From contig NIVC01003097.1 in assembly GCA_002269645.1 (NCBI GenBank), positions 55,564 through 119,563 on the forward strand: a stretch of DNA of 64,000 bases, written 5' to 3'. The notes under the pieces were generated by a model, which had not been told where the DNA came from, searched no databases, and worked only from the letters and a program-made list of their open reading frames with translations. Below are positions 1 to 15,456 of the stretch, piece by piece (position 1 is the stretch's first letter; each line of letters begins with the position of its first letter). Origin of the DNA: Macrostomum lignano. Taxonomy: Eukaryota. The translations under genes were made by a program, and so were the position numbers.

Positions 1-325
1 CAGCTGAGAACAGCTCACAATTAAGCCCACTTTGGTTTTTACAGCTGTGCTCGACCCAAAGGGAAGTTCTCCCTTTCCTTACTCTGCTTCCTCTCTTTTC
101 CCCTTTGCTCTGAAGCTTCATTCACCCAGCTTGCAAGGGAGCAGGCTGGGCCCGCCAATGCCGAATAGCAGCCAATGAATGCACTATTTGCCCCCCCCCC
201 TGCCCGTCTGCATCCACAAAGATAAACGCTTGCCCGCTTGGCTGAACCAACTCACTGACAGTCCCAGCCACCTGTGGGGGATACGCATTCAGATAAAATA
301 CTGAAATACGGCCCAGCCGGCAGCA

Positions 326-612
326 ATGCCTCTAACAAACAATACTAGCTCAGTAGTCATTGCTGAAAGCAGCAACTGGAAGCATTACGCCTTAGCCGGC
401 TGGTGCAGTGCAGTGTTCTTAGCCAGCTTCATCTCGAACGGGCTAGCCGCCTACAACATCCTGGCCTCGCCATCGTTGCGCAATCCGTCAATGCACGTGC
501 TGTGCTCCGGCTTCGTTGGCAACTGTCTGTGCGTGCTGTCGGCCGCCTCGCTTAACTTGGCGTCGGCTTGGCTGGCCGGAGAGTGGGCCTTCCACATGGC
601 CTGGTGCTACTG
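326..612 (+). CDS. Opsin exon 1 of 4 (N-terminus, TM1, TM2, ECL1, start of TM3)
   Basis: ATG at 326. Translation shows TM1 SNG, TM2 and ECL1 W-x-F-x4-C. Donor TG|GTGAG at 613 (phase 2) joins exon 2 to give WCYWYVF. Confidence 0.85.
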
Positions 613-1454
613 GTGAGACTGGGCTGCTCAGGGGGAGGAGCGGATCTGGTAGCATTAACATTAGCGGTCAACCTCTACTTAACTGTCTTGCAGCAGCGCT
701 GTTGATATCCACTGGATTAGTTGAAAAAAATCTGCATTAAAGATGTCGGAATCCAACGCAATTGTGAGACCCCCTGCTGAAAAAATGACATAAAGTCAAA
801 ATCTGCAACTCTGAACTAAAAGCACTCGGTTTTGCTTCATAATCATATATGGAACATTTCAAGCAGCCTGTCACGCAGTTTGAGTCGGTTTGGCTTCTGG
901 AATATTAGGGGGGGGGGGGGGGAGGGGGCAGGCAGAAAAAGCGGGAATCAATTTCGGCTCTAGTGGAATATACTTCAATAAAAACTGCCGTCTCCTCAGC
1001 GATCTCCGGGGAGCCGAAGGGAGCCGGTTAGGCTAGCTAGAGAGAGAGATATTTGCGGAGGCTGCAAGCCCTACACCAGCCATATTGGTTAGCGGGCTTG
1101 TGGTTGAGTGCGTCTAGAAAGCTTCTTCAAGCCAGCGTAGTTGCCGCAAAGTCCAACTAACATTTGGCAAAGCATAATTTATTTGATTGAAGACGTCGGT
1201 CGAGTCTGGACTTGAGTAGACAGCGAGCCAATGATAGAGCACTCGACGAATTAGTCAACTTCAATCAACTGTCAAACATTTTCAGTTTTGCAACAAGTTA
1301 AGCGTATTGTGTAGCGTTAGAGGAAGCTAAATTCAGTTGATGCTACGAGCTGGTTTACTGACAGACGGCAAAATTTATTCGCTAAAGCATTTGATCAAGT
1401 GTAGCGATAGACATCGGACCCGATAAACATCAAAACAGTCTGCCGGCTTGGGTA

Positions 1455-1455
<1 letters not shown>

Positions 1456-1531
<76 letters not shown>

Positions 1532-2197
1532 TACACACAACAAGATCAAAATAGGAAATAAAGAACAAACGTACAGAATCAAAGAGAGTCAGAGAGAATC
1601 AGAGAGAGTCAGAGAGAATCGGAGAGAGTCAGAGAGAATCGGAGAGAGTCAGAGAGAATCGGAGAGAGTCAGAGAGAATCGGAGAGAGTCAGAGAGAATC
1701 GGAGAGAGTCAGAGAGAATCGGAGAGAGTCAGAGAGAATCGGAGAGAGTCAGAGAGAATCGGAGAGAGTCAGAGAGAATCGGAGAGAGTCAGAGAGAATC
1801 GGAGAGAGTCAGAGAGAATCGGAGAGAGTCAGAGAGAATCGGAGAGAGTCAGAGAGAATCGGAGAGAGTCAGAGAGAATCGGAGAGAGTCAGAGAGAATC
1901 GGAGAGAGTCAGAGAGAATCGGAGAGAGTCAGAGAGAATCGGAGAGAGTCAGAGAGAATCGGAGAGAGTCAGAGAGAATCGGAGAGAGTCAGAGAGAATC
2001 GGAGAGAGTCAGAGAGAATCGGAGAGAGTCAGAGAGAATCGGAGAGAGTCAGAGAGAATCGGAGAGAGTCAGAGAGAATCGGAGAGAGTCAGAGAGAATC
2101 GGAGAGAGTCAGAGAGAATCGGAGAGAGTCAGAGAGAATCGGAGAGAGTCAGAGAGAATCGGAGAGAGTCAGAGAGAATCGGAGAGAGTCAGAGAAT
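1456..2197. repeat. (CT)n-(CA)n-47-bp linker-(GAGAGTCAGAGAGAATCGGA)n cassette, copy 1
   Basis: About 30 copies of the 20-mer. The linker is identical to that of copy 2. Confidence 0.95.
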
Positions 2198-2255
2198 CCA
2201 AAGAACGAAAGACGAAAACTTTGTCAAACTTTTGCCGCCCGAAAAATCCAAAAAG

Positions 2256-2592
2256 GTACGTGTTCAGCACCAGCTCCCTGGGCCTGTTCAACATCAACTT
2301 ACTGACCGGCCTGTCAGCCCTGCGCTGCCGCATGGTGACCCGCAACAAGCCGTTTGGCAGAGCGCAAGTCCTGGTCCTCGTCTGTCTCTCCGCCGTGGTT
2401 GCCGCAGCCTGGAGCCTTCCGCCGATGTTCGACGTCGCCGGAGTCCGCCGAGTCGGTCACGTGGCCGCCTGCGATCTGGACTGGGAGGGCAACCGGACCC
2501 GCGACAAAGTCTACCTGGGCGGCCTACTGACTGCCGAGTTTTTGCTGCCCCTGGCTGTCATTGTCGGCTCCTATGTGGCCATCTTTGCGCAC
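2256..2592 (+). CDS. Opsin exon 2 (TM3-TM5)
   Basis: Acceptor AAAG|G at 2255 and donor CAC|GTGAG at 2593. Encodes YVFSTSSLG..LSALRC, WSLPPMF, ECL2 CDLDW and FLLPL..SY. Confidence 0.88.
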
Positions 2593-2618
2593 GTGAGCTG
2601 CCGGTGTAGCGTGTCCGC

Positions 2619-3015
2619 TGAGGCAGAGGGGTGGGTCTTGAGGCAGAGGGGTGGGGTGCTGAGGCAGAGGGGTGGGGTGCTGAGGCAGAGGGGTGGGTGC
2701 TGAGGCAGAAGGGTGGGTGTTGAGGCAGAAGGGTGGGTGTTGAGGCAGAAGGGTGGGTGTTGAGGCAGAAGGGTGGGTGTTGAGGCAGAAGGGTGGGTGT
2801 TGAGGCAGAAGGGTGGGTGTTGAGGCAGAAGGGTGGGTGTTGAGGCAGAAGGGTGGGTGTTGAGGCAGAGGGGTGGGTGTTGAGGCAGAAGGGTGGGTGC
2901 TGAGGCAGAGGGGTGGGTGCTGAGGTAGAGGGGTGGGTGTTGAGGTAGAGGGTGGGTGCTGAGGTAGAGGGTGGGTGCTGAGGCAGAAGGGTGGGTGCTG
3001 AGACCGAGGGGTGGG
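2619..3015. repeat. 20-bp G-rich minisatellite (TGAGGCAGAAGGGTGGGTGT)
   Basis: About 20 tandem copies starting about 25 bp after the opsin exon 2 donor. Confidence 0.95.
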
Positions 3016-3095
3016 GTGTGTCTGAGAACACTGAATAGCAGAAATCGCAAGCAAAAACGGCTCTTGGGAATACCAATTTTTCGCCCGTCGAAATA

Positions 3096-3610
3096 CCAAG
3101 GGGGATTTCGCCTCCCTGTCAATTTTTTTGCTGCGCCAGAACGGAGCAACGCAGGCACACGAAATTCAAGAACAAGAGCTAACTTTTTATAGGCTTTTTG
3201 GGCTTTCGGGCTTTTTGATCAGCGAAACTAAAGAAATTCGCATCAGGGTGTTGATAGTCACCTATTGCCACGTGTTGAAGGTCCAGATACTCCGCCTGGG
3301 TGAAGGCCAGTGACCACCGAAGCCAGAGCTGATGCAGACAGATGCGGTCGATGTGCTGATGAAATTTGGAGGCTTGTCAAGGCTGCACTGAGGCGCAGTG
3401 CTAATTGGCGCACAGGGGTGTACTGAATACACTGGCGCTTATGGGAAAAATCCGACCTTCTGGCAGAATCGTCGAATATCTCGACGGTCTGGAGGGCTGG
3501 CAACTTGATTCTTATTTGAGAAGGTGCGCAATAAAAAGTTAGCCCGTGTACTTGAAATTCGCGTTGCTCAGTTCCGGCGCAGCAAAAAAATTGTCTGGTC
3601 CCCCCCTTGG
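3096..3610. mobile_element. Non-autonomous TIR element (MITE-like) with TA TSD
   Basis: TA-CCAAGGGGG...CCCCCTTGG-TA. Imperfect inverted arms at about 3096-3190 and 3531-3610. Confidence 0.75.
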
Positions 3611-3622
3611 TAGTTCTACTGT

Positions 3623-5509
<1,887 letters not shown>

Positions 5510-6754
5510 TGGTAGTTCTACTGTTAATCCGCATATAGGCCGGCAGCCAGCTTGTTGTCAGGGCTGGCCTTTTTTAAAATGCAATTTCAGACAATAAAAA
5601 GCAAGCCGGATTAGGCAAGGCTAGAAAGAGAGACAGGATCGGTTTAAATTAAGCGCTGAAGTGAGGCCCGGAATTTCCCTTTCATCCTCATTCAGCTGTA
5701 GACAGACAGGCTGGATGCAGTGCGAGTGGGACAAGCAACGATTAGAAATCATTGCCTTTTGGTCCAGATTTTTCAATAAAAAATTGTCTGGGCCGCAGCA
5801 AATACTGAATAAAATCTGCAACTGGCAGCTGGGAATGGGAAGAGAATTTCATTTTCAGGAGTCATGTATTATTAGCTGCAAGTCATGCGCAAAGTTTGCT
5901 TAAAAAACTGTGAGGACCCTGATAAAAACACTGCTCTCAGTTTCTACTCCTCGCTACGGTTGCACCTGCAGAAGCCCTCATATAAGTCCTTCCAACCTTA
6001 CTCATCTATCCTCGTATTTGTATTGGGATGAGTTCTATTTTCTATCACATCGTGCATGGAATACTAAACCTAGGACTTACATCCGGATTGGAAACTGTTT
6101 GTTGATTTATTCAAATTTTCTGGCCACCTCCTTCTGATTTTTTGAGTGAAAGAAAGTCAATTAATCCTTACTGGGTGCAAAAAGATAAACTTTACTGCAG
6201 TTTCCAGTCCAGATTCTATGCGTAGAATAAGTGCATGGATTGCGCTGCAGTTTCCAGTCCAGATACTACACGCAGCATAGACGAATAGTCCATGGTTTTG
6301 TAGACGATGAACAGTTTCCAAATCCAAAGCCTGTTAATTTGTCGCAAGCCTGGCAAACAGATCAAGGTCTCCAATCATATGGGCTTCCGTGTGTGAAATT
6401 GATCTTGTTTTCCCACTGTTTTCTGTCCATCTTTTGCCTAATTAGCTATGAGCATGAGCAGTCCTTCAGTCATTAGTTTCGAGCAGATGGGGCTCATAGA
6501 GTTGGCAAACCGGACTGAAGCCTCAGCCATCATCATTAGTTATTCTTAATGAACTTTAGGAGAGAATTTATAATACAAGCTAGGAAAAATAACTGAGAAT
6601 CAGGAATAATGACTCAAAATGGTAAATGATCATTGAGAATCACAGATACTCACTGTGAATTATTGGTCATCTATGGGAATAATATACTAACATTATTGAT
6701 CATCAAGAGTGATTGAAAACCTTGGGTGATGATTAATCCAAGATCATTAGGAGT

Positions 6755-7610
6755 CACTGAGAATCATTGAGGATCATTAGAGGAGTCACTGGGAATCATT
6801 GAGGATCATTAGAGGAGTCACTGAGAATCATTGAGGATCATTAGATGAGTCACTGAGAATCATTGAGGATCATTAGAGGAGTCACTGAGAATCATTGAGG
6901 ATCATTAGAGGAGTCACTGAGAATCATTGAGGATCATTAGAGGAGTCACTGAGAATCATTGAGGATCATTAGAGGAGTCACTGAGAATCATTGAGGATCA
7001 TTAGAGGAGTCACTGGGAATCATTGAGGATCATTAGAGGAGTCACTGAGAATCATTGAGGATCATTAGAGGAGTCACTGAGAATCATTGAGGATCATTAG
7101 AGGAGTCACTGAGAATCATTGAGGATCATTAGAGGAGTCACTAGAATCATTGAGGATCATTAGAGGAGTCACTGAGAATCATTGAGGATCATTAGAGGAG
7201 TCACTGGGAATCATTGAGGATCATTAGAGGAGTCTCTGAGAATCATTGAGAATCATTAGAGGAGTCAGTGAGAATCATTGAGGATCATTAGAGGAGTCAC
7301 TAAGAATCATTGCGGATCATTAGAGGAGTCACTGGGAATCATTGAGGATCATTAGAGGAGTCTCTGAGAATCATTGAGAATCATTAGAGGAGTCTCTGAG
7401 AATCATTGAGAATCATTAGAGGAGTCAGTGAGAATCATTGAGGATCATTACCGGTAGGAGTCACTGAGAATCATTGCGGATCATTAGGAATCACTGAGAA
7501 TCATTGAAGATCATTAACCGTAGGAGTCACTGAGAATCATTGAGGATCATTAGGAGTCACTGAGAATCATTGAGGATCATTGAGGATCATTACCCGTAGG
7601 AATCACTGAG
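6755..7610. repeat. 32-bp minisatellite (GAGGAGTCACTGAGAATCATTGAGGATCATTA)
   Basis: Tandem copies ending about 45 bp before opsin exon 3. Confidence 0.95.
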
Positions 7611-7655
7611 AGTGAGGATCACAGAATCAAACCGTCGCCGCTCCCTCCCCCGCAG

Positions 7656-7749
7656 ATCCGCAGACACCGCAGCTCAATCGTGTCAACCTCCAGCGGCAAT
7701 CAGGCCAGGCGTGATCGCCAGTTCGTCATTCACGTGCTGGCCATCATCG
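7656..7749 (+). CDS. Opsin exon 3 (ICL3 and start of TM6)
   Basis: Not in the ORF track. Acceptor ctccctcccccgcag, 94 nt, IRRHRSSIVSTSSGNQARRDRQFVIHVLAII, donor G|GTGAG at 7750. Phases 0 and 1 match both neighbouring exons. Confidence 0.85.
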
Positions 7750-8129
7750 GTGAGCTGGTTTTGTAAATTGGTCGCCTCTCACGGGATCAGAGACAAAGTA
7801 TTTGGGACAGCAATTATTTCCTTATAAACGCTTACAAACATCGGAAGTGGGAGATTCTCATTAGAGCTTGTGTGGGGGCTGAGTCGAGCAGATCTCCTAA
7901 TCTGAATCGAGACATCCGAGTCACGAATCGGATTGGCAAACTGAAGGTGTGCCGTCCACATCGAGAGTCGCTTAATGAGCACCGACTTTAAAAGATAATT
8001 GCAGCTTGTTTTTTCAGTTGAAAAAACTCGTGAATCACTTTAACATGAGCCTGTAAGCCCTTGCTTCATCAAAATGGCCCGAGCTCCCGTTTCTATGCAG
8101 AAGCTGGCTTGAGGCGTCCATTCTCGGGC

Positions 8130-8390
8130 CCTAAGAACCCATGCTCCATCTTTCTGTACAGCCTTAGGACCTAGACCATAGAAACCCAGCTCCGTCTCTC
8201 TGTACAGCCTTAGGACCTAGACCATAGAACTCCAGCTCCGTCTCTCTGTACACACCAGGACTTAGACCATAGAACCCCACCTCTGTCTCTGTACATACCA
8301 GGACTTAGACCATAGAACCCCACCTCTGTCTCTCTGTACATACCAGGACTTAGACCATAGAACTCCACCTCTGTCTCTCTGTACCACCCA
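8130..8390. repeat. 45-bp minisatellite
   Basis: About 5-6 copies, unit containing GACTTAGACCATAGAAC. Confidence 0.85.
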
Positions 8391-9104
8391 CTCTGCGACC
8401 GGCACTCCGCCTCCATCCCGCAATCGATCTGCCTGTATTTGAGCTTCAGGCAAAAGAAACTAAATTTGGTTTCCCAATTGATTGCACAGATAAAGCAGCT
8501 ACCGCTTAAATCAAACAGCCTGATGCTTTTAAGCGATGCTTTTCAATTAAAAAAAATTAAAATCGACGTTTTAAATAAAATAACTGCGAAAAGCGAAGCT
8601 TTCAGAGAAAGATCTATCGACTGATTCGCCGTAACGAGTTTTAAAAATAAAATTAGCAAATTTTTTGTCGCATACGCTTTGATGGATTGAATTTTAATTT
8701 CATTTTTACGTCTGTAAATACGACAGATAACTCAATGGCACACTGAATAGAAAACATGGTTCTAGTTGATCATTTTTGACAACTCGAATCTCCCTTTTCG
8801 CTGAAAGATGCAGAATATACAGTATATAGATAGACATGAAAATTAAAAGCCTATGTAATCGTGCAATAAACACAGGTTGGGCCATAAGACAACACACAAT
8901 TCCCTGACAGAAAAGACAAGAAAGCCTAGAATTTAACACTTAAACTTGCAATTTAAGGCCACAAAGTTTTGTCAAAGGCTAAGAGCCTGCATAATTCCAA
9001 GAAAGCGACTTTGCATGGTTATAGTGAGCCTTCAGTTAAGTGCAGCGACAGACCATGGAATTAGCAGTGGAGAGTGGAGAGCCCCCACAAGCTGTAGCAG
9101 CAGC

Positions 9105-9935
9105 CACTGCCACAGAACTGCACTCGGCCATAGACAATAAAGCCGATCAAGGCCACTGCCACAGAACTGCACTCGGCCATAGACAATAAAGCCAATCTGC
9201 ACTCGGCCATAGACAATAAAGCCAACCAAAGCCACTGCCACAGAACTGCACTCGGCCATAGACAATAAAGCCAATCAAAGCCACTGCCACAGAACTGCAC
9301 TCGGCCATAGACAATAAAGCCAATCAAAGCCACAGTCACAGAACTGCACTCGACCATAGACAATAAAGCCAATCAAAGCCACAGCCACAGAACTGCACTC
9401 GGCCATAGACAATAAAGCCAATACGCACTCGGCCATAGACAATAAAGCCAATCTGCACTCGGCCATAGACAATAAAGCCAACCAAAGCCACAGCCACAGA
9501 ACTGCACTCGGCCATAGACAATAAAGCCAATCAAAGCCACTGCCACAGAACTGCACTCGGCCATAGACAATAAAGCCAATCAAAGCCACAGTCACAGAAC
9601 TGCACTCGGCCATAGACAATAAAGCCAATCAAAGCCACAGTCACAGAACTGCACTCGACCATAGACAATAAAGCCAAACAAAGCCACAGCCACAGAACTG
9701 CACTCGGCCATAGACAATAAAGCCAACCAAAGCCACAGCCACAGAACTGCACTCGGCCATAGACAATAAAGCCAATCAAAGCCACAGCCACAGAACTGCA
9801 CTCGGCCATAGACAATAAAGCCAATACGCACTCGGCCATAGACAATAAAGCCAATCTGCACTCGGCCATAGACAATAAAGCCAACCAAAGCCACAGCCAC
9901 AGAACTGCACTCGGCCATAGACAATAAAGCCGACA
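9105..9935. repeat. 49/30-bp minisatellite containing AATAAA
   Basis: Unit GCACTCGGCCATAGACAATAAAGCCAATCAAAGCCACTGCCACAGAACT with a 30-bp deletion variant. Confidence 0.95.
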
Positions 9936-12229
9936 TGGCTCCGACACGCTGTCTAAAACTCTCAGTGGAGAAGACAAAAGTCGAAAAAGTGGCTCGAATT
10001 AGCAATCAATGGTATTCTTTCTGCCAAAATTTAGCCTACGTCAAGGAGTTCTATAATTAGCATCTGGAATGGAAACGAGTTTTTCAATTTAGGCTCCTCG
10101 TAATATAGACAACCCAACAGAAGAATTTCAGAACAGAAATGATTTGTCCTTTGGTGTTGCGACTCCTTAGAATTTGTTTGGACATTTGAAATCGGTGCAA
10201 ATCAGTCCTTCTCTTAAGCCGCTCAGAATGAAAAAATGCGTTAAAACCACAGAGTCATGGTCATTCAATGCTGGGCCTCATTTCGTAAATTCTTTTTGTT
10301 TTCATTTTCTCTTTCCACCCCAGATGCTTATTATAGAAATCTTTGATCTACGTGAGTTCTTTTCATTGAAGTTTAGTAATTGACATTCAATATTAGGCAA
10401 GTTCAGATTATTTAATAATGTCAAGGAGAACTTTAATTAAAATTCTGGAATCTGAAATTGTCATTAGGACCAGTCCACGTCTCCTTGGCCTTATCCATAA
10501 AGCGTGAATCAAGCCATCCGAATAGCTATGCAAGAGATGCGAAGAAATTTAATCTTCTTAGAGTGTGGAAGAAAGTTTATTAGCTAACCCCCTTCCCAGA
10601 AAGAAAGTCAATTACTGCGGGGTCAGGTTGCCAGGGGCAGGCCCGAACTCAGTGCTTGCCGCTACGGCGTTGACTGTGGCGGATGCGCGCATAGGAAGCG
10701 TCGGTCCCCGGACTCAAACAGCTTCAGCAGCTCTGCTTTAGCTAGACTTTTCAAGATACTTAGAAAATATTTGAAGGCCGGCTTCCAATATAATAAATGC
10801 TACAGAGATTTTAAGACAAGTTCATAGAGTGAAGGCATGATTATTCATTTGGTTCCCGCGTCTGTTTCCTTCTAATTATTGGTGACCATGTGGTTAAACA
10901 AAATATTTGCACAACATTGAGTCATCTAGGATAAACTGCTTACTATGAAGGCTCTGGAGAATTAGCAAATCAATAAAATTGGTAAGTGCCTCTCTCCGCA
11001 GGCATCGTTATTTTTGCGTGTAGAGACAAGCTTTCAAAAATTTCACCCTCAAAGATTCTCTACGAAAGGAAGTCCCCCGTCCTACGAGAACTCGAGAGAC
11101 GTCTTTGCCGGGACGGACTCAAGCTCCAGAAGTGCCTTTGCTCAGCTAGGGGATGCACTCGTGCGTTGCTTCCTCTGTTCTCATTATGCTTTCTGTATTT
11201 CTGTGATCCTGGAGCCGAGAAACGAAGTAGATATTTCCATGCAGACTTTACTCTGACGAGCCAAGCACAGACTAGAAAAGCTGCCTTATCTAACGCCACA
11301 AAACTCCTTTGTTAAGCAGAGTTAGGGTTCAGACTTTTTCAATAAGCTCTGAGACCAACCGCCCACAGCCTCCTTTGCGAACTGACTAGCTAACCAACCT
11401 GCTCTTGCACACTTCTGTAAGTCATCATGCCATTGTTTAGGATGGACTGGTAACTCCGTACATTTATCCCTACCCCTGCCCTTCATGGCATCAAGCTTGC
11501 AGCTCTTGATTCAACCTTCACTCCGACAGTTGACTCATGCGAGTACAAAACATCCGGTAATTGCGGTAATTGCAATTTTACCACCCATTTTGATCACGGT
11601 TTGCTGAGAAATGCACTATAATTTGCTTTGGTATTGAGCCCTGCAGCAGAGCAGGGAATTCCTTGCTAAGATAGCCACCTGATAGCGCCACGCTGCTGAG
11701 GTGGAGAGATCCGATAATCCAGTTTTCTTGAAGAGTAGGCCGAACTCTCGCTCATCAACAGCAGCTGGTGACATTATCAGGTCTAATAAGCAGGTGGAAG
11801 CAACCCGAGCTTGAGCAAGGCAATGCAGTATGCGCCTGATTGCAAAAGTTTTTCTTGTTAGCCGCATCTGCTTCAACTCGCAGTCCCCAGTCATTATTTG
11901 CGCTATCCGAAATTTAATTCCAAGCCTGAAAAGATTCGAGATTTTTTCCCCAGAATAAGAAAACAAGGCAGAAGACTCAGTCTAGACTGCGAGAAACTTC
12001 TGTCGGCGGAGAAGGTTTCAGTTATCAATTTTTTAATCACGATCATTGCTGCGGGCACGATAAAAAATCCCATTGACGCAAATGAAACACGAACTGAAGC
12101 CCCCAAACCCCCGGTTTACATGGCCTAAGCCGGAACCATAACCTGTGTAGCCTAAATTAACGTAATTGACTTTCTCAATTCGCACGAACCAGACGGGAAG
12201 TAAAATTTGATCAGATTTTTTGAAACAAA

Positions 12230-12815
12230 AAATGGAACTTTTCCCAAGTAGAAGATTTTGAGAGTCGAACTTTTTGTTGCGCACCTTCTAAAACAAAAAT
12301 CTTGAGTTAAGTTCCACCTGCGTAACAATTTTAACTCGGAAAAATCTCGTTTGGGTGCCCATAGTCCCTTGGTGTCACCTATTGAAGGTGCCGACGGTGT
12401 CGGGGTGGCGAAGGAATGCTTGAGAGACTAGCTGAGGATGTCCAGCAGTTGAAGCTTGCCGCCTGCCGAGGCTTGATCAGTGAAACTCGAGAAATTCGTA
12501 ACAGGGTGTTGATAGTCACCTGGTGCCACGTGTTGAAGGTCCAGAAGCTCCGCCTGGGTGAAGGCCAGTGACCACCGAAGCCAGAGCTGATGCAGACAGA
12601 TGCAGTTGACGTGCTGATGAAATTTGGAGGCTTGTCAAGGCTGCACTGAGGCGCAGTGCTGAGTGGCGCACAGGGGTGTGTTGAATACACTAGCGCTTAT
12701 GGGATAAATCCGACCTTCTGGCAGAATCGTTGAATATCTTTGAAGGTTTGAAATAAAAAGAAATTTTTTCTTGAAATTCGCAGCAAAAATTTATCAAGGG
12801 GAATTCCCGCCTTAG
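12230..12815. mobile_element. Second, more decayed member of the 3096-3610 family
   Basis: About 270 bp (12470-12740) align closely with 3213-3480. Remnants of both arms are present (aactttttgttgcgcaccttct; aataaaaag..cttgaaattcgc). Boundaries are approximate. Confidence 0.65.
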
Positions 12816-13242
12816 TAGATATTGCTACTGTAAACACCAGCTGTAGCTTATCAACTTTACCTCCAGTTCCATCGCTCGGGAAAATAAAGTCTCCTATTTT
12901 ACGGCAAGTTACAGCGCAGAAAAGAACAAAAACCGACGAAGAGCAAGCAAACGGATTCATCAAGGACTACTTAAGTGGTGCTTTAGTAGGACGACTAGCG
13001 GTCCTTGACTGTTACCTGGCCAAGTGCCCATTAGCTTCCTACGTGCACTGTGCTCTGCAGAGAAAGAGTAGGGGAAGTAACATTAAAAGTACAAACAGTA
13101 CATTATTCTAGACCAAAACGGACTTTTCAGTGCACGTTCATATCCGACTACCAAAAATGCCTACGAAAGCTTCCGATGCACAACGCCCAAAATCTCCCCT
13201 AGAACACATGCTAAATTCCTAAAAATAAGCCCCTTAAATATT

Positions 13243-14673
13243 CTTGCTAAAAGCCACCAAAAACCCTTGCCAAAAACCCTAAGAGCATTGACTAAAAACC
13301 ACCAAAACCCTTGCCAAAAACCCTAAAAACATTGACTAAAAGAAACCAAAACCCTTGCCAAAAACCCTAAGAACATTGACTAAAAGCCACCAAAACCTTG
13401 CCAAAAACCCTAAGAACATTGACTAAAAGAAACCAAAACCCTTGCCAAAAACCCTAAGAACATTGACTAAAAGAAACCAAAACCCTTGCCAAAAACCCTA
13501 AGAGCATTGACTAAAAGCCACCAAAACCTTGCCAAAAACCCTAAGAGCATTGACTAAAAGCCACCAAACCTTGCCAAAAACCCTAAGAGCATTGACTAAA
13601 AGCCACCAAAACCCTTGCCAAAAACCCTAAGAGCATTGACTAAAAGCCACCAAAACCCTTGCCAAAAACCCTAAGAACATTGACTAAAAGCCACCAAAAC
13701 CCTTGCCAAAAACCCTAAGAGCATTGACTAAAAGCCACCAAAACCCTTGCCAAAAACCCTAAAAACATTGACTAAAAGAAACCAAAACCCTTGCCAAAAA
13801 CCCTAAGAGCATTGACTAAAAGCCACCAAAACCTTGCCAAAAACTTTAAGAACATTGACTAAAAGAAACCAAAACCCTTGCCAAAAACCCTAAGAGCATT
13901 GACTAAAAGAAACCAAAACCCTTGCCAAAAACCCTAAGAGCATTGACTAAAAGCCACCAAAACCTTGCCAAAAACCCTAAGAGCATTGACTAAAAGCCAC
14001 CAAAACCCTTGCCAAAAACCCTAAGAGCATTGACTAAAAGCCACCAAAACCCTTGCCAAAAACCCTAAGAACATTGACTAAAAACCACCAAAACCCTTGC
14101 CAAAAACCCTAAGAGCATTGACTAAAAGCCACCAAAACCCTTGCCAAAAACCCTAAGAACATTGACTAAAAACCACCAAAACCCTTGCCAAAAACCCTAA
14201 GAGCATTGACTAAAAGCCACCAAAACCCTTGCCAAAAACCCTAAGAGCATTGACTAAAAGCCACCAAAACCCTTGCCAAAAACCCTAAGAACATTGACTA
14301 AAAACCACCAAAACCCTTGCCAAAAACCCTAAGAGCATTGACTAAAAGCCACCAAAACCCTTGCCAAAAACCCTAAAAACATTGACTAAAAGAAACCAAA
14401 ACCCTTGCCAAAAACCCTAAGAGCATTGACTAAAAGCCACCAAAACCCTTGCCAAAAACCCTAAGAGCATTGACTAAAAGCCACCAAAACCCTTGCCAAA
14501 AACCCTAAGAACATTGACTAAAAGCCACCAAAACCCTTGCCAAAAACCCTAAGAACATTGACTAAAAGCCACCAAAACCCTTGCCAAAAACCCTAAGAGC
14601 ATTGACTAAAAGCCACCAAAACCCTTGCCAAAAACCCTAAGAACATTGACTAAAAGCCACCAAAACCCTTGCC
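13243..14673. repeat. 44-bp minisatellite ending at the opsin exon 4 acceptor
   Basis: About 32 copies of GAGCATTGACTAAAAGCCACCAAAACCCTTGCCAAAAACCCTAA. Confidence 0.95.
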
Positions 14674-14675
14674 AG

Positions 14676-15073
14676 TGGGCTTCATGGTCTGCTGGACGCC
14701 CTACTCAATCCTGGCTGCCTGCAGCCTGGTCAGCCTGCTCCACATTGACAGCGGCCTCTACCTGGGGCTGTCCACTGCCGCTCTGCTCCTGGCCAAGGCT
14801 GGCATGGCCACCTCAGCGCTGGCCTACTTCGCTGTCAACGCCGAATTTCGTTCGGCATTCGCCTCCACTCCGCTCGGCAAACGACTGGGCTGCGTGCCGG
14901 CCAACGCCAACCATGGTGTGTCCATGGCCCAGCAGACCGAGGCTATGGAGCTGCGGCGGGTGAGAAACCGGAGCGACCAGGACTACAGCAGCAGCAGCGA
15001 CGAAGACAACGACAAGAAGCCGGCGGACGAGGTGGCTCCCCTGGCCGGAGATGGCGGCAACGCCACTGCTTAG
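14676..15073 (+). CDS. Opsin exon 4 (TM6, TM7 with Schiff-base Lys, helix 8, C-tail)
   Basis: Acceptor CCAG|TG completes a GTG codon. Encodes GFMVCWTPY and LLLAKAGMATSALAYFAVNAEFR. Stop TAG at 15071-15073. Spliced CDS is 1116 nt. Confidence 0.9.
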
Positions 15074-15456
15074 CCAGTCGTTTTAAATCGCTAGGCGTAA
15101 AACACATTTTTACACAAATTTTTCAAACAAATACATGTAGCTCTCGCTTCGTTGTTTTGTAACGCAACTTTACAAGCGTACATGTATTTTATCGCTTGTA
15201 TTCGCAGTCCAAAAGGCCCAGGAAGGCGGTGATGTATTGATGTACACGTATGATGTGCACTGCATACAGCACCAGGCCCTTTGAACTGAACAAAAATCCG
15301 GGCTAAAACTGTATCATCTAGAATTTCAACCGTGTGAAAATCTACCGACATTTAAAACTATTTTTGATATTGGTATGAGCCATTCGGCTGATAGCTCATT
15401 ACTTGTTCAATGTTCGATATTTTCAAAATTTTCGGATTTTCTGAGATTTGTCAGTC

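Noticed and set aside
20-300. Photoreceptor promoter motifs (TAAGCC at 22-27, two CCAAT boxes) upstream of the opsin
   Set aside because: Short words expected by chance, and the transcription start is unknown.
11616-12284. Several 70-116-aa ORFs in opsin intron 3
   Set aside because: No recognisable domains and no consistent splice structure. Probably decayed repeats.
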